A DNA stretch of 62,639 bases, filler included, from Aduncisulcus paluster (taxonomy: Eukaryota), in the NCBI GenBank assembly GCA_024181965.1. It is 5 parts of 5 records of this genome, joined end to end, with 100 filler letters (N's around TTAATTAATTAA, not from the genome) between each part and the next. Parts side by side here need not be neighbours in the genome. Positions count along the whole stretch, not along the records: positions 8,736 to 25,212 come from BQXS01010893.1; 4 more parts are not named here. One strand, given 5' to 3'. Shown here piece by piece: positions 8,736 through 19,700 of this stretch (positions are counted from its first letter, which is position 1; every line of letters starts with the position of its first letter). The translations under genes were made by a program, and so were the position numbers. The notes under the pieces are model-generated. The model searched no databases. It was not told the DNA's origin and saw nothing but the letters and a program-made list of their open reading frames with translations.

Positions 8736-11700
8736 TGTGAGATGTTGTGGGGATATGTCGGAGGGAAGAGAAGGAAGAAGGGAGGCATTCGACTCGGATG
8801 ATCCAAAGGTTCGAGGAGAAGTATGAGAGGATAAACCTTCACTTGCTGTGAGTCTCTCTCCAATCCGATCAGGTCCTCGTATCCGAGACACACGAGCGGA
8901 TGGGACAAGGTCGTCATCGTCATCGTCTTCAAGCATCTTGTCGAACACGCTCATTCGACCTTTGTGAGCTCCCATGGTTTCCATTTGCAGAGTTCCTTGG
9001 ATATTGAGGGCAAGAACAGTTGTTTGCTTCGCCTCACTCACTTTTCCCGCAGATAATAAAGACTGAGCATGGCGTAATGCAAGAGTAACAGCAGGTCCAT
9101 GGAGATGTGACGAGAGCATGAGTCTGAACGCATGAGCAACGTTATTCTTTTGGTAGAGGGAGAGCGCGGTCGAGAGAATTGAAGAGAGGGAAGAGGCAGA
9201 GGATCCACGGGATGCATGGGAATCATCAGACTCACCGGTCGCTTCTTGTTCTTCTTTCTTCATCTTCCTCACACGCACTTTTCCTTCTAAAAGATCGGCC
9301 TCTTTCGTGAGACCACTTCTACGGAGGACTTGGACTATCTCAATGACATCTTCAAGAGGGGCATCATAGGGAATCTCACCTATATGATTCCTAAGATCCT
9401 CAAAGTATCCAAGTTCACTATACACAATGGCCAGCTGGACGGGGGAGTTTCCTTTCTTGGCGTATTGAAGTGCTCGCTTGAACTTTCTACGCTCAATAAA
9501 GTATCGGGCAATGTTTTCATTGGCAATCCTTAACGTGTCATCGCTGATCACACCTTTATACCGCTTACTATACTGTACAATACTGAAATAGTCGCCCAGC
9601 TTTCCACGGAGAGCAACAGCAAGATCAGGACGGTGCAGTTGGTCAATAAATATCCTTTCAGCATCTTCAAACTCACCGAAATAAACAGCAATCTCAGCCT
9701 TAAGCTTTCCTTTGGACGGCAATGATGACAATGGTTCCAACTTACGTACAAATTGCAGACCAAAGAAGTTTTTGGCATGAGCAAAGGCCTTTTCAGCCAT
9801 GATGAGATTGAGTTTCTTCATGCTTTCCTCTGCTACAAGATTCCAGAGCAGCGGGTGAGGGTTTGACTGGACAAAAGACACAGTGTCCTCGAGAGACACA
9901 CTCTTCAATAGTTCTTTTGTATCCCTCAGACTCTTTCCCTCGAGAATAACAATGGACTCAGAGTCAGGGTAGAAAGGAAACTTCATGATCTCATCGAGGA
10001 GAAGAACACTCGTCTGAAGGGCTTCGAGATGGAGGGCATAACCACTGCAGACAACTGGTTCCTCGGGAGAGGTGTGACGGTACGTGTATAATCTCGTTTT
10101 CTCGTTCACAGCAAACAAATCGTCACAATCATGGCTGAAATGAACGCACCAAACTTCTTTTCGCTGGAAGGATGGAACCTTGGAGAATGTCTTCGAGTCT
10201 TTACGTTCGTACATGGTGAGAATATTCTCACGATCTAAAATTAGAAGTAGACGGCCTGTGAGAGACATAAACACAGCCTTGATGAGTGAAGAGGATGATA
10301 TAATTGAGGAAACTCTGAAGGAAGAAAGGGGAAGCAACGATGTCATGGGGCTTCCATTGTCTCCGTTAACCTTCTGTATAGCAGAACGACTCTCGGAGGA
10401 GCTCCTTGGGTTAACATCCTTGGAAACAGCGGAAGTTGGAGGAGCATCTTTGGATTTCTTCTCTCCTTCGTCAAAGCCAAATATTTGTTGGATATTAAGA
10501 GTTTTTCCATTCTTTGTCAATTCCAAATCTTGGGTTGAATCCTCTTTCTCCTCAACAACGACACAGATCTTAATCTCTCCACTTTCACGAGCAACACAAA
10601 GAACCTTACCACGAATGCACAGAGAAGTAATTGGATTTTGTCCACTGCCTCGTGTCAGAAGAGCCATTTCATCAGCAGAATCTCCCTCAATATGCCATTG
10701 TGCGAATGTAGATCTGGATGAAAGGATAGAAGTTGCATCAAAACCTCCAGGTCCTGAATGATCGCGATGGGATGATATTTCTTTAATTTTTTGAACCTTT
10801 GAATCCTCTTTATAACACCAAATACATACCCATCCACCGCAGGCAGCAGCGACATAATCCTCAGATACTGCGAGTGATGTTGGGGTGAATGATATCTCTC
10901 TTTCGGCTATCTTAACACCAATGGAGTTGATCACACAGAGCACAGAAGGAGTGTGGATGAGGGTAGTCAGGGGAATCGAGGAAGAGGATTTAGAGACAGG
11001 ACCACTTGAAGATGGGGCGACTGACTTATGTGACACATCTGAGAATATTCCTCCAAGTCTTCGGGGAACAACACAGACAACACCCTCACCGAAGGAGCAC
11101 AGATGGATTCCATCACCGAACACAATGGGAACCATGTCACGATGGACTTTGTTCCACAGGCAAAGAGTGCTATCTTCCTGAGAATGGTGGAAATAACCAA
11201 CAACATTATCATTCAGTCGGCCATATTGTTGAGAATGCCGGATATTGGCAAAGTATAGATGCTTACCAATGCACATGGCAACTCTCAAACCACTCGGAGC
11301 AGCAGAGATGGCAGTTACATGATTTACACCACATTTAAGGAGACATACACCCTGCATAGCATCAATAAAAGTGCTAAATGAACTGATTACAGGGGTTATT
11401 GAGAGAACTTCCATGACACCACTTTCTTTACGAGTTGCACTGACACCACGGCCATACTGAACGGCTCCACCACCGCAGATATATAAATAACGACCACATG
11501 GACTCAGACTCATACCAGATGCAGCGGTGACACGAGTCCAAACAATACGGTATTGAGGTTCATGGAGGGACTCCATATTAATGAATAAGACAGCTCCGCA
11601 TGCTAAAAGGACAATAATATGGGGAAGATCAGAGGTTTTTCCATCAGAAGAAGCTTCTGTCTGGCCGGTAGCTGTTGAAGAAGAGAATAGAGCGGCCGAG

Positions 11701-12473
11701 AGGTCTGTTGTCTCGTCTCGTTTGCTATCTTGGATAACATTATAAGAAATGGATGACACTGGGGTATACGTTGAAACGGTATTCTCTTTTCCTTTGAAAT
11801 AAGAAGTCACTGAAGGTCTATGTTGCACCTGAGCATGGGGATGGGAAGTCTGATGGCTCTGTTGAAGGGCTAGCTCAAGATCAGGGATAATTTCCTCTTT
11901 GGGGGCTCCGGTAACATCGCACAAGAAAATTCTATTTGTGCAACATACAACAAGTCGTTTGCCGTTGGGAGTCCAGCAAATGGATTGAACCTCTCCATCA
12001 AGTGTTCTTTCACTAACAAGAGTACCGTTTACCGTTGACAGGATGAGAGAATCATCAGCATAAATTGTAGCGCATTGCATTCCATTTGGAGACCAAGCCG
12101 CATCTACCAAAGCAACCCCATCGGATCCACGAGTTTGGAGCTTCGATATATTAGTAAAATCTTCCTCGTCAATCTTCCATATTATTGCAGTACCACTAAT
12201 ATCAGCAGAAAGGAACACCAAACGTTTCGGATTCCATTTTATGAGACAAACCCTCTTAGAGTGCCCAGCAAGTGATTCTTTGACTGGCAAATCTGTTTGT
12301 GCGGCAACTCCCATTATTCTATAATCACCAGTCCGCTTAGTAGTCATTTTAACAACATCTAGAAGACCTTGGTCGCCTCCATAAGCTAATAAACTATGAG
12401 AAGTATTATATGCTGTACACCATCCGTGTGCACTATTCAAAAAAGGCACTTTTTTGTTTAGATATGCAAGCAT
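8736..12473 (-). CDS. WDR35: WDR35/IFT121, IFT-A complex subunit, 3'-truncated
   Basis: N-terminus MLAYLNKKV..GGDQGLL, WD40 repeats, EKTRLY..PEEPVVCSGY, KSLRDTKELL, NPHPLLWNLVAE, AVYFGEFEDAE..RPDLAV.LR.KLGDYF, matching conserved WDR35 blocks. Confidence 0.92.
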
Positions 12474-12485
12474 TTGTTGTCAAAA

Positions 12486-14291
12486 ATGAATTGTATTTAT
12501 AAAGAGTCTTTTGGTTACAGCCGTCAAATAATGAATGGTGCAAGGGATAAAATATATCCTGAAAAATCTTCTAGTGATGAAAAAAGATCAGGTTCCTCTC
12601 TAGGAGGCCGAGATTCTGATGATAGCTTAAAAAGTTATTGTCCTGCTGCCCAACATGATATAAAAAGGTTAAGACAGGAATTAAAAGAAAAAGAATTGAT
12701 GTTAAAATATTGGAAAAATACTATTGAAGAGAAAAACCATGAACTAGCCCAGTTGCGAGAATCTGTCACTCGGCTCGAATTAATTCAGAGAGATACCGCA
12801 GATGTCCTTCAATTGGAGAAAGAAAAGCAACAGGAAGGTGTAAATATGAGAATTGTTCTTCTTGAAAAGCTTGTAGATCGCTTAAAGGCTCGATTGATAG
12901 ATTATGAAGAACAAGATATCACCCTTGAGTCACAGGAAAAACAGATAAAAGAACTTGAACAGCGTTTAAAAGAATGTAAAATAGAAAAAGAAACAACCGT
13001 TCAAATGTGTCGAAAAGAAATTGCAGAAACTCGATCTTTTTTGACGCGAGAATTTAATGAAAAGATACGATCAATGGAAAAAGAGCAAGAAGAAGCATTA
13101 ATTGCACGCCTTCCAGGCTTTTCAAAGCGTATGGTGAAAGATAACGCCGAACTTCGACTTGCAATGGTAAAGCAACAATATGAAATTGATCTGGCGATTA
13201 AAAAGACGAAACAAACAGAGGAAGAAGCTGCAAGGCTTCGTATTGATACATCCAATGACGATGATTTAATTAAACGGCAAGCCACTGAACTTACAACGAC
13301 TCGTAAGAGATGTGTTGAGCTCCAAAGAAAAATTCTCACCCTTGAAGCTGAATTTAAACGTAAAGAAACTGATGCTATCGCATATTATCAATTACAACGG
13401 ACATATGCCGTCTTGGAAGATAAGCTCAAGAGAATTGAGTCTGAACGTGATGAGTTCAAGCGATTATATATTGATTATCAGCATAAATTCTCACAACAAC
13501 AACAAAAATATAATTTATTAAATAAGTCTAAACAGCTTCTTGAGAAGAAACATCGGATTTTGTCTTCTCAACAGGGTGATTCGTCGGGCACACCAATCTC
13601 ATCTGGATCTATTTTTGGAATGAGTGGTTCATCGGCCCCCGTCAGAGTTAAAAAGACCGGCATGGCATCCGTGTACAGTTCCAAACGACCCATCCCTCAT
13701 ACCACCCTTGGAGTTCCAACACAATTACGTGACATCACAATGCAAATTCTAGCCGAACGTCGTATGCATGGCGATGAGGGAGAAGATATGGATGACAGGG
13801 GCTTCTCTGGTCATCGTCCTCGTGATATCATCACCACTGCATCCTCCGTGCTTGGTTCTGGTGGAGTGGGTTCAACACAATCCCATCAAGAATGGGACAG
13901 ACAATTTGCAGAGGATAAGATGATGCTATTCGGAAGCACGGTTCAGGGGGGACGTGGGATATCGTCTAAATATAGCTCAGTGTCGGGGAAAACAGGTTCA
14001 TCGACTCCGATGATGCCACAAGCCCAGGGTATGTTTCCAATGAGCGCTGGAAATCCCAAGACAGCACTTCTCAAGAGTAGAGAGAAGACTGGAGAACGCC
14101 GGAAAACTGGATCCATCTTAGTTGGAATGAAGCCCAGGGCCCTATCTTATTTGGAACAAGGTGAAAATGGTCCTGATCAAGGAATTGAGGGAGGAAGGTC
14201 TGGAATGGGTCAACGAGCCCTGAGTGCAAAAATAAGGAAGAATTCAGAAAAGGGAAAGAGAAAACGTAGCAAAATGATGGTGCTTCCATAA
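12486..14291 (+). CDS. Coiled-coil ciliary/basal body protein, BBOF1/CFAP157 (DUF4515)-like, with low-complexity tail
   Basis: Long coiled coil; LTREFNEKI..RMVKDNAELR..QQYEID..DDLIKRQ resembles DUF4515. First ATG at 12486, alternative at 12531. Confidence 0.6.
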   Translation: MNCIYKESFGYSRQIMNGARDKIYPEKSSSDEKRSGSSLGGRDSDDSLKSYCPAAQHDIKRLRQELKEKELMLKYWKNTIEEKNHELAQLRESVTRLELIQRDTADVLQLEKEKQQEGVNMRIVLLEKLVDRLKARLIDYEEQDITLESQEKQIKELEQRLKECKIEKETTVQMCRKEIAETRSFLTREFNEKIRSMEKEQEEALIARLPGFSKRMVKDNAELRLAMVKQQYEIDLAIKKTKQTEEEAARLRIDTSNDDDLIKRQATELTTTRKRCVELQRKILTLEAEFKRKETDAIAYYQLQRTYAVLEDKLKRIESERDEFKRLYIDYQHKFSQQQQKYNLLNKSKQLLEKKHRILSSQQGDSSGTPISSGSIFGMSGSSAPVRVKKTGMASVYSSKRPIPHTTLGVPTQLRDITMQILAERRMHGDEGEDMDDRGFSGHRPRDIITTASSVLGSGGVGSTQSHQEWDRQFAEDKMMLFGSTVQGGRGISSKYSSVSGKTGSSTPMMPQAQGMFPMSAGNPKTALLKSREKTGERRKTGSILVGMKPRALSYLEQGENGPDQGIEGGRSGMGQRALSAKIRKNSEKGKRKRSKMMVLP

Positions 14292-14486
14292 CCAAATTCT
14301 TCCTGAGTTATGCTATTGTTTCCTCAGGGTCACTCATTATTTTTTTTCTTGTGTTCCTCTTCATCCATGTGTTCATTCCATGTTATATTATCAAATAATT
14401 ATTCGCATAAATAATATGAATTGATGATATATTATTGTTCATTGATTTCAAGCATTTATTATTTCTTATTCGCTCATCAAAGTTCG

Positions 14487-14754
14487 GGCATCATGCCTGC
14501 CCCTTATGAATCAGAGCTGTTTCCCTGTCACTTGTTGTTGTTTAATTCAATATTTTTTTCCATTATTTTCATTGTATTTTGTCGGGAATGGCGATGGTTA
14601 TTGCTCTACAGACTGTAGACATCATGTCTTGTTATGATAACAACTTGTCTGAGACAAGTTCAAGGCTTGAACTTGGGAAGTAAACTTTTTTCAAAAAATT
14701 CATTATTTCTTACCAAAGAAGAAATCTCAAAGGCATCATGCCTGCCCCTTATGA
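14487..14754 (+). repeat. 23-bp direct repeat GGCATCATGCCTGCCCCTTATGA (14487-14509 and 14732-14754)
   Basis: Exact match seen; it begins with the palindrome GGCAT-C-ATGCC and brackets the palindrome chain. Confidence 0.9.
14605..14675. repeat. Chain of five overlapping perfect palindromes with 1-nt centres
   Basis: TCTACAG-A-CTGTAGA, AGACAT-C-ATGTCT, TTGTTAT-G-ATAACAA, AACTTGTCT-G-AGACAAGTT, CAAGTTCAAG-G-CTTGAACTTG. Confidence 0.95.
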
Positions 14755-14876
14755 TGAGGGTCATGAAGCATTCACCACGTAGATTTTTTCTTTTTGAGGC
14801 ATATTCACACGGCAGGAGAAGATAATCATACGAATTATAAAATTAATTTATTTGTTAATCTAAAAAAATATTTTAA

Positions 14877-16373
14877 ATGACTTCTCCCTTCTCATTTTCT
14901 ATTCTTCAAACCACTCTCAAAAAATACCCGTATGAAAACCCTTCAGAAATAATTTCGCAATGCCAACATGCTGTTAAAAAACATAAAAACAGTTTTCGCG
15001 GAATTATGTTGAGATCTCTTCGCCGTCCCCCAGTTTCTGCCACAGATCCTCCTAAGGATATTGTTATTGCTATTCAGGGATTTATCACGACTAATTATGA
15101 TGGTAAAGATAGCCATTATCCTGTTGTTATATTTTTTGATTATGATTTCCCAAACAGTCCTCCTCTCATATACTCAGTTGATGGTGGGGGGCTCCAGAAC
15201 TCCCCTTCAACTTTTCATGATTCTACTGGTTACATCCATACACCTTTATTGTCTAAATGGCGAATTAACCGGACTAAAGCACCTGAATTAACTCTATTAT
15301 CCGTTATTGATGAGATTTGTCACCATTTTTCATCGACACCTCTGCTGGTTAAACAACAATCGATATCAGATCATGATCGCAAGATGGCGTTAGAGTATGA
15401 TGCAAAAAGGCCTTTACTGGATCAAGTTGGTGAAACTTTCAAACCATTTTATGTCTCCGCCAAACAATTCGCTCAAGTGGAAGACGATGATGATTACGAT
15501 CCAATTTATTCTGATTATGGGCCATCTGATAAAATCTATTCCGATTATTGTCCTGAATCTGAAGGACATGGAGAAACAAAACCTAAGAAAAATGAAATTG
15601 AAACCCTTCCTTCTCTTTCCTCTTCATCAACGTCTATTCCTTCCCCAAAGCCATCGGAACTTCATGTTTTACGGTTTATTCTTGCCCAGAAACTTTCGAA
15701 AGATATTTCAAGACTTTCTGAGTGTGTTGGACGAGCTAAAGAGCAATGTCTTCGTCGTCAGCTTGAGCTCTATGATTACACTGGAACATCTCCCCTCGAT
15801 TGTTCTTCTCTTCGTCCTTATCACGATTATTTGAAGAAGAAGCATGAATCTCTTCAGTCTGACATTATACAAAGCAAGACAAGAGAATCCATCAAGAAAG
15901 AACTTAAAGACAGCTTTCACAAGAGTTATTCTTCATTCGTGGACTCTTGTTGTGACGAATACAATGCCCTTCTTGATGACATGTGCGACGCCCTGCCTGA
16001 AGTTGTTCTGTCCGCCAAGTCTGCTTGTGCCATACGCGATGTGAGCATGCTTCCGTCATTTGATCAGGTTGTTAGTGTTCTTACAGTCTTACTCCCAGAG
16101 GATAAAGTGGAGGAAACGGTTGGGATGCCTGTTGTTACGGAACTTCAGAACATTATATTTCAATTTGATCGCGAGTCCAAAGAGAGGATGAGAATCCTGG
16201 TAGCCAGTATCTTGGAACTTGAGACACCCACGGGACTTGATCTCTTCCCCTTCATGCCTCCTCTGGACTCCTGGAAGGATGATATTCACATTCCTGGAGC
16301 TTCTTATGGAACTGTGCATACTGCTTCGTACAGAAAGGGAGATTCCAAGTTCATTATATATGATATGGAATGA
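14877..16373 (+). CDS. UEV-domain protein, TSG101/Vps23-like (ESCRT-I)
   Basis: QGFITTNYDG..YPVVIFFDYDFPNSPPLIY..HDSTGYIHTPLLSKW aligns with the TSG101 UEV (GTIPVPYRG..IPICLWLLDTYPYNPP..VDANGKIYLPYLHEW), followed by a Pro/Ser linker and a helical region. Confidence 0.7.
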   Translation: MTSPFSFSILQTTLKKYPYENPSEIISQCQHAVKKHKNSFRGIMLRSLRRPPVSATDPPKDIVIAIQGFITTNYDGKDSHYPVVIFFDYDFPNSPPLIYSVDGGGLQNSPSTFHDSTGYIHTPLLSKWRINRTKAPELTLLSVIDEICHHFSSTPLLVKQQSISDHDRKMALEYDAKRPLLDQVGETFKPFYVSAKQFAQVEDDDDYDPIYSDYGPSDKIYSDYCPESEGHGETKPKKNEIETLPSLSSSSTSIPSPKPSELHVLRFILAQKLSKDISRLSECVGRAKEQCLRRQLELYDYTGTSPLDCSSLRPYHDYLKKKHESLQSDIIQSKTRESIKKELKDSFHKSYSSFVDSCCDEYNALLDDMCDALPEVVLSAKSACAIRDVSMLPSFDQVVSVLTVLLPEDKVEETVGMPVVTELQNIIFQFDRESKERMRILVASILELETPTGLDLFPFMPPLDSWKDDIHIPGASYGTVHTASYRKGDSKFIIYDME

Positions 16374-16558
16374 GTTTCTTGATTTTGTTGAGTCTTTTTC
16401 GAAAATATCCTGAAAATAATTGTCAGGAAATCTCACCTTTTTTTTACTCTAGATCTATTCCTCCAATTCCCAAATGTGAAGGAGATTTCGTTCAATTAAT
16501 GTGATTATTTGTCCTCATTTCTACTTGTTTTATTTTGTATTTTAGTAAATACACTTTC

Positions 16559-16603
16559 TGTTCTGCCAGAACAACCGTTGTTCTGGAGTGACTCCAGTGG
16601 AGT
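16559..16603. repeat. Chain of four overlapping perfect palindromes with 1-nt centres
   Basis: TGTTCTG-C-CAGAACA, CCAGAACAAC-C-GTTGTTCTGG, CTGGAGT-G-ACTCCAG, ACTCCA-G-TGGAGT. Confidence 0.95.
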
Positions 16604-16794
16604 TCCCTTGACTACTTCATTCTAATTTTATACCATTCCAATTTAATAATTGATTGTTTGATGATATATTGATACAACATTAAGCCATTAAAAATTTCGA
16701 AAACGTCTTTTTCAAAGAAATAAATTATTTTGTTCTTTTCGCTCGTTCATTTGTTTTTTCCTTTTTATTATTATTGTTTTCATTGTATACTAAG

Positions 16795-19700
16795 ATGTTT
16801 TTGAAATATTTTAATCTTTATACTTTTATATATTTCATATTTATCTGTATTTTTATCAATGGGGTATATTCAGCGAATCTTAGTAATCTTGTTGATTTAT
16901 TTGCAACAGATCTTGATTATCTTTCAGATATATTATTTCAAAAATTACCTAGTGCTGATTTAGTGATGGGAAACCTGCTTACCGCGGAAAGTGATATTTC
17001 TTTCGATGATCCTCAGGATTTGGCCTCAACAATAAGCTCAGATATTACAAGTTCATTAAAATATAAGATTTCAGCCCTTAAAGATCTTCGGGATGCTGCA
17101 ACTAAGGAGGTTGACAAATTGATTAATGATAATTGCTTTCCTGATGATGACCGGCCAACTGCCGAGACATATAAACGTTCAAATGAAGGTGCTCTTGAAT
17201 ATGATTCAAGATATAATGCCAATGTTGATTTTGAGTATCCACATGTCCATTCGTATTCTGTCGTTACAGGGACCTCCCATGAGGAATTCTTCTCTGCCCA
17301 TCTGGATTTAACTGAGCAAATGAAGAAGGCAGTTCTGACAAACTACTCTGAGGATGCGGTTGTTGGGGATGATGATTACAATGATATTTATTCCGACCCA
17401 TATCTTGGAGATGCCACCTTTGTCGGTTTTGACGGAGGATATCAGATATATCCTGGACGTGATATGTATTATTCATATACATTCTTCAACTTTCTTAGAG
17501 TCCCAGCCACCAAGAGTGATGTTAGTATCTTGATTGATGTCACTTCACTCACAAGTAGCAAAGAAGTAGCTAAATACACCGCTATCATTGACGCTGTTAT
17601 CGATTCGCTTGCTACTGGGACTAAATTACATATATTGCTGCTTGGGAAGAACTATATTGTTCCGTTTGTACAATCTGGCTATGTTGTCGTTAGTTATTCT
17701 TCTATTTCCTCCATCAAACAATTATTGGCCAAGATGCTCTCATCAGTGCCATCATCCGTCGTTACAAATGGGATTATTACTGAAATGGATGTGTACAAGG
17801 CTGTGAGTTTTGTTTACTCCCAGCGAGACGTGATCTGTAACCATGTTCATCTTCGGAGTGATCTTTGGGTTGAATCCGATGCATTTGAATCCTCGGAGAC
17901 ATGTGAATATCCAAGTATCCACAAAGCATCTGCTCCTTCCTCTCCTCGCTCTTTGTTCTCATCAGAATGGGTGTCTGAGGATTACATGTTCAGATTCGAC
18001 TCCTCCATTGCAAGTTCTGATGAATCTACTACTTTCTTGGGGCCTACATTTGTCAATGTTATTGGTAACACAAAACAATCTGCTACTACGCTTAAGAACG
18101 GCAACGATGGGTCCTCCTCTTCCTCTCCCAATGCCAACGATTATAACAATTCACGGAAAGATTGGAAGAAATGGTATGCGGAAGATTCCAAGTCCGATGA
18201 TCCTTACTCTGATGGGAACAGCGATCTGAATGTTGAGACAGACTCTGGATTCCAATTCATGACGAATGGCGATGATATTGATGATGATTCCGATGGACCT
18301 TGCCTTTCCTCCTCTGCTGATTCTGCTGGCAAAGGTGGATATACGTGTCCTCCGTTGACTATCTTGCTCATTTCGAATGGAATAAGCTACAGTGGGCCTT
18401 TTACTAACCATGATCCTGATACAATTCGCGGGAGTGACATTCTAAAATACCCCATGATCAACATTGTATGTGCTTTGACCCATCCTGTTCGTGTGGGACA
18501 CTCTCACACCGCTTCTCTCATGGGGATCAGTAGTTACTCAATTCCAGAAATAGATCTTGTCAATTCTACAAATTCCTACTCTGACTCAGACCACAAATTC
18601 AAACAAGTGGCAATCCCGGGTGTCATTTCCGAATCGTGTGCGAATGGTCTTTGTCTTCCATCCCCAACGTATTACAATATTCTTAGTGTATTTAGCTATA
18701 AAATGGCGCTTCTTCCTTTGCTTCAGGCCTTAGTTCCTCACCATTTCTCTGTGTTCATTGGTGAATCACGTGTGTGTGTGGATGGGACTGCCTGTGTTGA
18801 CCTTGTGAGCCCAGTATTTTCCTCTTCCTCAAACATGTACATTGGAGTTGTCACTACATCATTTCCTGTGGAAAACATAATTAAAGGTTCCATTATAAAG
18901 GGGATAAAGGAAGTTGGTCCCCCACCTCTCCCAACACAAGATCCTTCGGAGTTCCTTGAATCTCCCTTCTCAACAGACTCTTCAATTCTCACGGATGCTT
19001 ATGATCCCCTGCATGTCATTCCCCGCTTGTCCTCACCTTGCTTTACCCCTATTCTGTTCCGTGCCAGTGATGGAGTTGTTCTCTATCATCCCCACTTAAC
19101 ACAGCACATTGCCACCAATTCCCCACTCCCACTCACTCTGCACTCACTTCTGTCTGAAGGGGAGGAATATATTTTGACAAACAAGGCCGCTCTAAGTCAG
19201 GTGAGAGGAAAGATTATCCCTGCCACTGGTGTTGTCCCTATATACTTGAGCGAAAGGATGGTTGGAGGCAGTGGGACTGGGGGATTTGGGGGATCTACAT
19301 CAGATTCATCATCCACGGCAACTAAGTATGAGACCACTGAGGAGTATATTATGACAAAACAAACAAAAACCACCTCAGCAGATACAGGTGGATATTTTTA
19401 CCCCAAACAGATTGTCAGTTCTGTGCCCGGAACAATTGTTTGGGAACGAATTGATGGTGTGAGTGGTCTTGTCGTTGGCATTATTTGTGAGACAGGCTGT
19501 CTTCGTAACCACGGGGAGATGACAGATCTTCCTCTGCCTACGGATGAGCTCGATGATTTCTCATATAATGGGACAGATAGAGTGAGTTCTCGTAAGCTCG
19601 ATGCTGATGATAATCCGATTGCCATGCTCCATTATAATATGAGTGACTTAGACAGCGACGATCTAGATCTTGGACAGGTAGAGCTTGGGTCATACGGGGA

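Noticed and set aside
14487-14754. CRISPR-like array
   Set aside because: Only two repeat copies 245 bp apart, no cas genes, eukaryotic context.
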